Assembly: GCA_965197745.1 (NCBI GenBank)
Contig: CBDANS010000004.1
Coordinates: forward strand, 128,001 to 192,000
Reading direction: 5' to 3'
From: Opitutales bacterium
GTDB taxonomy: Bacteria > Verrucomicrobiota > Verrucomicrobiia > Opitutales > PNEW01
Length of the DNA stretch: 64,000 nt
The notes beneath the pieces were generated by a model. It made no database searches and was not told the DNA's origin. It saw nothing but the letters and a program-made list of their open reading frames with translations. Below are positions 60,203 through 64,000 of this stretch, in pieces. Each line of letters opens with the position of its first letter. Position 1 is the first letter of the stretch. The position numbers were made by a program, and so were the translations under genes.

Positions 60203-61213
60203 ATGAAGTATAAATTATTAGGTAAAACGGGAGTAAAAGTTTCTTCTCTATGTTTTGGGACGATGTCATTTGGCGGGGATGCCGACGAGAAAGAATCGAC
60301 AAAGATGTTTCATCGTTGTCGCGATTTGGGTATCAATTTTTTCGATTGCGCAAATGTCTACGCCGAAGGGCTCTCGGAGGAAATTTTAGGTAGATTAATA
60401 GCTGATTGCAGGGATGAAGTAGTAATTACGAGTAAAGTATATGGTCGCACCGGACCGGGTGAAAACGAGAGAGGGTCATCCCGTAGAAATATTATTCTCG
60501 CCGTCGAAAAAAGCCTTCGGCGATTAAATACTGACCATCTCGACCTCTATTTTTTTCATGGTTTTGATAATGATACCCCCATTGAAGATTCGCTTCGAGC
60601 CATGGATGATCTCGTTAGTCAGGGTAAAATTCTTCATCCTGCCGTAAGTAATTGGGCCGCCTGGCAAATAGCAAAAGGATTAGGGATATCGAGCCGTGAT
60701 GGGCTCGCTCCTTTTGTGTGTGTTCAACCCATGTATAACCTTACGAAAAGGCAGGCAGAAGTAGAAATATTTCCCTTATGCCAGTCTGAACAACTCGGTG
60801 TCATCCCCTACAGTCCGTTGGGTGGTGGTCTGCTTACAGGTAAATATGGTGTTGGTCAGAAGCCGGATAGCGGAAGACTCCTGGAAAATAAAATGTACGA
60901 AACCAGGTATGGTGCCCCTTTTTATTATGAAGTAGCGGACCGTTATACTGAATATTGTCGTGAGAAGAAGGTGAATCCCGTAACCTTAGCAGTGGCATGG
61001 GTAATGGCCCATCCCGCAATTACGGCGCCTATCATTGGAGCCCGCAGCCTGGAACAATTGGAGCCATCCCTTGCTGCCCTGGAAGAAAATATAAATCCGG
61101 AAAGGTGGCTGGAAATCTCAGCGCTTTCACCTGCGCCTTCAATCGCCACGGACCGGCGAGAAGAACATAATGAGAGCCCATTTCCCATTTGCCTGATTTC
61201 ATTTGATTTGTAA
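60203..61213 (+). CDS. Aldo/keto reductase
   Basis: LGKTGVKVS.LCFGTM, FFDCANVY, SLRRL.TD, YSPLGGGLL. Confidence 0.92.
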   Translation: MKYKLLGKTGVKVSSLCFGTMSFGGDADEKESTKMFHRCRDLGINFFDCANVYAEGLSEEILGRLIADCRDEVVITSKVYGRTGPGENERGSSRRNIILAVEKSLRRLNTDHLDLYFFHGFDNDTPIEDSLRAMDDLVSQGKILHPAVSNWAAWQIAKGLGISSRDGLAPFVCVQPMYNLTKRQAEVEIFPLCQSEQLGVIPYSPLGGGLLTGKYGVGQKPDSGRLLENKMYETRYGAPFYYEVADRYTEYCREKKVNPVTLAVAWVMAHPAITAPIIGARSLEQLEPSLAALEENINPERWLEISALSPAPSIATDRREEHNESPFPICLISFDL

Positions 61214-61354
61214 GGCATGCCGATGGCAATATCGTCAATGGAGGACAAGCTTTCAATTTGGCGGTAGCACTTTCATCTTTCATTATTAGTCAGGGTATCG
61301 TTATCCAGCTGAAGATAGAGGTATTCTATCTCATACGGGAGATGCGCCAGGGTA

Positions 61355-62704
61355 ATGTTTGATTTAATAAAAATAAACATTTTTAAATTTATTTTGGGAT
61401 TATCTCTCGTTGGTATCTCCTCATATTTTTTTATTGATCGCGTCGGGGGTCTGTTTCAATCGCCTTATCAAAGTGCGATCAGAGGTTGGGATGATTCTTT
61501 CTATTTTTACTGGTTGAGATCTTTCATCGTCGATGGCGATTTTGATTTCTCCAATGATATTGTTTACTGCAATACCTTTGACGAAGAAACACGGCAACAT
61601 GCTTTATCCATGCCCCTCACCGAGAGTGGGTATTTACCCAACAAGTATCCGGTCGGATGGGCAATGAGCAGTGCTCCGTGGTATTTTGTGGGGGCGACGA
61701 TTACGAGGGTTATAAATTTTTTCGGGGTAAGTCTGCTGAAAGATGGGTACGGACCGTTTTATCAATTATTCATAATGATTGGTCAGTGGATATATGGGGG
61801 ATTAAGTTTATTTTTCGCATACAAAGTCTGCCGGCGTTTTTTTAATAGTGAGAACGCTTTTTTAGCGGTCGCCATTACCTGGTCGGCATCTTCCCTATTT
61901 TATTACCAGAATATTCAATTATCGATGACGCACAACCTCTCGTTTTTTGCTATTACCGGTTGCTATTGGGTCACGCTCACTATCAGGGAGAAGACAAATT
62001 CACTCTTTCTATGGACAGCTTTAGCGATGTTCAGTGCGACGGTCATTTTATCGCGGCTGCAAGGGGCCGTTTATCTCGTTTACCCGGCTGTGGTAATCCT
62101 GAAATTATTACATCATGATAAAAAATTAATACCCTTTATTATTATTTTTTTAATCGTTGGCACTCTCGCTTTACTCCCTCAAGTATATGCATGGAAAGTG
62201 CTTTATGGTCAGTATCTTCCATATACCTACGGTGACGAAGGGTTTAACTGGTTAGCGCCCGCGCTGGGGAAGGTTCTCTTTTCTTCATACCATGGCTGGG
62301 TTTACTGGACTCCTTTAATCCTTATTGCTCTTTTCGGATTCTTTTACTGGATCTGGAAATCAAGGAACATTGAGGCCACCACCTGGACCCTGGCATTACT
62401 TGCGACGGTCTACATAAATGCGTCCTGGCATGACTGGACATTTGGCGCGTCGTTTGGAGCTCGCGCTTTTGAAGGCGCTACTTTATTTGCCATGGTCGGA
62501 CTCGGTAATATTCTGCAATTAACTGAGGCCAGGATACAGCTAAGAAATCTGTTTATCATTCTATGTTTATTCTTTTCCCTGTGGAATATAAACCTGACTT
62601 TACTCGTTAGGTTTTGGAAATATTCGGGTATCACCTTAACGCAATCGGTTACCTACGAAGAGATCATTAATGGTTCTTACAAATTCTGGTTTGAGAAAGA
62701 CTGA
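61355..62704 (+). CDS. Polytopic membrane protein, GT-C glycosyltransferase-like
   Basis: GWDD..YFYWLRS..DGDFD, many TM segments, LFSSYHG, GASFGAR. Confidence 0.65.
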   Translation: MFDLIKINIFKFILGLSLVGISSYFFIDRVGGLFQSPYQSAIRGWDDSFYFYWLRSFIVDGDFDFSNDIVYCNTFDEETRQHALSMPLTESGYLPNKYPVGWAMSSAPWYFVGATITRVINFFGVSLLKDGYGPFYQLFIMIGQWIYGGLSLFFAYKVCRRFFNSENAFLAVAITWSASSLFYYQNIQLSMTHNLSFFAITGCYWVTLTIREKTNSLFLWTALAMFSATVILSRLQGAVYLVYPAVVILKLLHHDKKLIPFIIIFLIVGTLALLPQVYAWKVLYGQYLPYTYGDEGFNWLAPALGKVLFSSYHGWVYWTPLILIALFGFFYWIWKSRNIEATTWTLALLATVYINASWHDWTFGASFGARAFEGATLFAMVGLGNILQLTEARIQLRNLFIILCLFFSLWNINLTLLVRFWKYSGITLTQSVTYEEIINGSYKFWFEKD

Positions 62705-62940
62705 TTTACGCTCTCGACCGTAAAGGGGAAGGCGAGGTGATATTTCTCCTCAAGCCCAACAAACTGCCCTCCAACAATATAGTCCACATAATTTAGTTAA
62801 AAATACTGCTACTCCAGGCAACTGATTTAAAGATCATCTGGAGCTCATTCATAAATTTAAGAAATGTATTGTAACTTACCGAATCTGTTGTCTAATTAAT
62901 ATCTTAAGCCAGGTCAATTTTCTGGCTGTGGGGAAATAAA

Positions 62941-63790
62941 ATGAAACTGAGATACCTGAAATATTCGATGCCGACGGTGATCAGCGCGGCTATTCTGATA
63001 TTTTTAGGTACTGGTTTTCGCGGCTCCAGCTTGTCGGGTCGCAGTATCGTAGAAAAGCAAAGGGAGAAGTTTACGACCAGGGGACAAATCGAGATTTTTA
63101 AAATGGTGAGTCTCGACAAGCAGGGGAATATTATTTCGCGTGAAGCCATTCGTTTGGTGCGGATTGATAATAATGGCACCCGACGAATATTGCTGCGTCT
63201 GATCAATCCGGAGGAGGTGAAAGGAGTATCACTATTGAGCATACATATTTCTCCCAGCGAAACCGAACAATACCTTTACATGCCTGCGCTGAATACTGTT
63301 CAACGTATTAGCGGCAGCGGGAAAAAAGGTAATTTTATCGATTCGGATTTTGCCTATGAAGATCTTCTGCAAAGTACACCAAAAAATTACCTCTACGAGC
63401 GCAAGTTGGATGAGCGGCTAAACGGTGTCGTCTGTTACGTGATCGAGGCCAAAGTGCAAGACGAGGAGGCAAAAAAAATTCACAAACTATTCAAAGAGAG
63501 TGCTTTGGATTACACATGTGGATTTCACTCTGCAAAGGGTGGATCACTATGATCACCAGAGAAAACTGGTTAAGACTTTAACCCTTTCCGATTTCGAAAA
63601 AAAAGCGGAAAACCTCTTGGTGCCCACTCACATGGAAATGGTGCACCACCTTAAAAAGACCTCCTCGTTGTTCGTTATCACGAAAGGGAAATACAATTTA
63701 TCCTTGGAGAAAAAGTATTTCACCCCTGAAGGATTAAAAAATTGGAACGGGGATGATGAAGCCACTATCCTGGCAAACCTTGAGCCATAA
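62941..63790 (+). CDS. Outer-membrane lipoprotein-sorting (LolA-like) protein, frameshifted at an A8 run
   Basis: PEEVKGVSLL, QYLYMPAL..VQRI, DSDFAYEDL; continues as YSKRVLWI in another frame after 63471-63478. Confidence 0.8.
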
Positions 63791-63886
63791 TTAATTGCGA
63801 TCAGAGGCAAGCTTCACCTGCTTTAAATTTTTCAATTCGTGCGCCATCCGTATACCATTGTATTGTAATAAAGAGGACGCTCCCCG

Positions 63887-64000
63887 GTGTGGAGACTTAT
63901 AAAGTTCAGCTATCAGTATACCGCACCGGTTTTGGTGGTTATTACGGTCTTAATGATCTTAGCGGGATCGCAGCTTGATAAAATCCGCTTAGAGGTTTCA
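63887..64000 (+). CDS. Probable MMPL/RND transporter N-terminus (partial)
   Basis: GTG start after AGAGGA; MWRLIKFSYQYTAPVLVVITVLMILAGSQLDKIRLEVS; usual partner of LolA-like genes. Confidence 0.45.
   Translation, partial: MWRLIKFSYQYTAPVLVVITVLMILAGSQLDKIRLEVS

Noticed and set aside
1..64000. CRISPR array, tRNA/rRNA genes, reverse transcriptase (retron/DGR/group II intron)
   Set aside because: No regularly spaced repeat-spacer series, no cloverleaf with a T-loop in proper context, no RT motifs in the ORF set. This was checked by eye only.

Overview
Bacterial chromosomal window, probably Verrucomicrobiota/Opitutales-like (inferred from gene content only). It has three parts. (1) Core genes at 1-7.2 kb: PfkB kinase, RecQ, sugar-phosphate isomerase, stand-alone OvoA-C-type methyltransferase, TetR, and an ECF sigma/anti-sigma/periplasmic partner operon. 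(2) A ~30.66 kb tyrosine-integrase island (7228-37893) holding IS3 copies, MITE/REP-like palindromes, an attC-like site, sugar-catabolic and secreted-protein cargo, and many gene fragments. (3) Core genes at 38.7-64 kb: NrdR-boxed class Ic-type RNR, sulfotransferase, ABC exporter pair, pdhABC, a dinB/accessory/SRAP cassette, two DoxX genes and others. Main finding: the island sits inside the 5' end of the ECF sigma gene. The start codon and first 11 codons (MAEKECSTEAD) lie at 37919-37887 and the rest at 7228-6701. Both junctions share a 17-bp repeat (15/17 identical, 8-bp core TATCAGCT). Precise excision would rebuild an in-frame 186-aa sigma factor, so this is a candidate skin/sigK-like excision switch for an ECF sigma regulon. 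No CRISPR array, tRNA, rRNA or reverse transcriptase was recognised.
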